DNA of 64,000 nucleotides from Saccostrea echinata (Eukaryota). Below, in pieces: positions 62,030 through 64,000 of the stretch. The translations under genes and the position numbers were made by a program. Position 1 is the first letter of the stretch, and each line of letters opens with the position of its first letter. Location: the NCBI RefSeq assembly GCF_033153115.1, contig NW_026889801.1, forward strand, positions 10,974,001 to 11,038,000, given 5' to 3'. The notes under the pieces were generated by a model, which was not told the origin of the DNA, searched no databases, and saw nothing but the letters and a program-made list of their open reading frames with translations.

Positions 62030-62107
62030 TCTCTCTCTCTTTGTATCTCCACACACACACACACACACACACCCTCCCTCACACACATACACATACACAC
62101 ACACACA
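62030..62107. repeat. Compound (CT)n/(CA)n microsatellite
   Basis: Direct reading. Confidence 0.9.
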
Positions 62108-62943
62108 ATAATTTCTGGGTAATATTGAATAGAATATATTTAAACTTTCTGTTTTTGCCCATGATCAAAATGTTTGATATTATCCTGGCTCAAGGTCATA
62201 TCTCAAAAGTGATAGTGAAACATTGTTGTTCAGTTTGTAAATCTGGAATGAAATCCAACACTAGTACTAGAATGTTCGCCCAAATAGGAGACGGACAATC
62301 TAAGAATCGAGTATAAGTAAAAAAATACGTTAAAAAATGGCAAGTATTAATAATAAAGAATCAAACAATGAAGCATTTTGGGGAATATTGTTATTATCTA
62401 GCTTATCATCAGATTTGAAAAATCTTGTTAAAATAAGAAGAAAATAATTTCTTTTAAATGAAAATTATGCCTGCTGTGTTTTTACTAATAACCGAACCAA
62501 ATATTCCACATAACTTTTACAAATGCGCTTAAACTGTGTCATAAATGTTTATAGTTAACAAAATTTGATGTGTGTTATCTTAATTAAATATTTTTAAATT
62601 TCTTTCGTTTCCAATTATGGCCCATCAATATCACGTAAATATGTTGGTGTAAAATTAGCATTCTAACCGCATTCATTTCGATGGAGGTCAACAAAACACA
62701 GCATGAAATATATAATTCAGATTGTGAATTTTAATAACTATACACTTTCATGTTTCAAATGACATATTAAAATTTTAAGGTTCAATTCACAAAATTGTTT
62801 GACTTTTCCACAGGCCGATTTGGCACTATAAATTGAGAATGTGTGTATAGTACACACAGAGTTTGGTATTAGAATGACTAGAACGAACCGAACTTTGAAC
62901 AAAACACATTTCAAACTGTAAGAGGGCTGGGTAGTTTTGGCCA

Positions 62944-64000
62944 TTTTTAGCTCACCTCAACATAGGTGGTGATCTTATTAGCATGGGATACCTTCGGCGT
63001 TGGCGTCTCCAAAATGTTTTGGAACAGATTTCTTAATACATGCATGTATTGCTATGGATAGATAGACGTCTCGGCCCAAAGATAATCAGGCCCTATATTG
63101 ACCCGAGATGCATTGAATATGAATCTGCAATGTAGTAAATATGTTTCATTGTACAAGTGTTGCATTTTCAGTCAAAGAATAACCAGGTGAATGTTTTTTG
63201 AGTAATACATGTATATAGTTAGAAGTTTTTGGAGCAAGTTTCATTCCCAAGTTACTACATGTATATAAACCCAAACTGGACCAAACTTGCATGGATGATA
63301 TCCAGGGATACAAACTAGCAGACTTGCTCAGGATGCTGGATCTGCCCTACATTTTCTGGATGAGTGACCAGGTTAAAATCTTTGGAGCAGATTCATTCCT
63401 AAGAACTGTAAGCCATATGATCACAAAAATTGCATTGATACTCCTTCTAGGGAGGCATATTATCAAGACAATGCTTCAGATTCTGGATTTGACATATATT
63501 ATCCTGATGAGGACCAGGTTAAAGATTTTGGGATCAGGTTTATTCCAGTGTAACTTGAAGTCCTTCCTTGATCAAACTTGCCAACGTGACACATCTGGGG
63601 AGGCGCTCTAGCAGACCTGCTTCGGATGCTGGGTATGACCCAAATTTTCAAGATGATTGAACAGATTAATTTTTTTGGTGTAGGTAAATTTCCAAGTAAC
63701 TATAAACCTTATCTCGAAGAGCTTGCATGGAAAATTCATCTAGGAATGAAAGCTACCACACTTGCGTCGGATGCTGGATTTGACCTACAATTTTTGAATC
63801 AGTGACCAGAATAAATTTTTGAGTAGGTTCATGCAAGAGCAACCTTAAGCCCTTCCTGGACCAGCTTACATGGATTATGCAATTAGCCTAAGGAATGTAC
63901 ACAGCTAGATTTGCTTCAGATGTTGGATCTGACCTACATTTTCCAGATCAGTGATCAGATTAAAGTTTTTAATTCGATTTTTAAGTAGCTGAAAGCCTTA
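62944..64000. repeat. Same ~140-bp array family, beginning with a HINE-like end (TTTTAGCTCACCT) and running off the window
   Basis: 63510-63990 is collinear with 48005-48470. Confidence 0.7.

Overview
AT-rich, repeat-dense animal genomic DNA, most likely a bivalve of the oyster family (inferred from the HINE/Cg170-like satellite elements and tandem coiled-coil C1qDC genes). I assembled five spliced protein-coding genes by hand from splice signals and reading frame. They are RCAN/calcipressin (minus, 4 coding exons, 3466-13893), WDR77/MEP50 (plus, 9 exons, 19690-33707), a TMEM216/TMEM80-family ciliary transition-zone gene (minus, 6 exons, 42630-47579) and two secreted coiled-coil C1q-domain genes (49758-50816, 53848-55269). 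A third C1qDC copy is a pseudogene (~57490-58508). The rest is mostly non-autonomous DNA elements: HINE-like elements carrying 166-bp or ~140-bp satellite cores, TA-flanked MITEs, 5-bp-TSD hAT-like MITEs and TTAA-flanked elements. There is also a tRNA-derived SINE, a Penelope-like fragment, microsatellites and two assembly gaps. The most notable observations are: (1) a U12-type minor-spliceosome intron after a 17-nt micro-exon in the TMEM216-like gene; (2) two 36-37 bp hairpins with 7-bp direct repeats that look like P-element-type excision scars; (3) two otherwise dissimilar TTAA-flanked elements sharing nested inverted-repeat geometry; (4) a Pol III-like cassette inside a DNA element; (5) a 'ghost' C1qDC unit that keeps its flanks but has no gene. 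No database searches were run, and family names come from recognised motifs.
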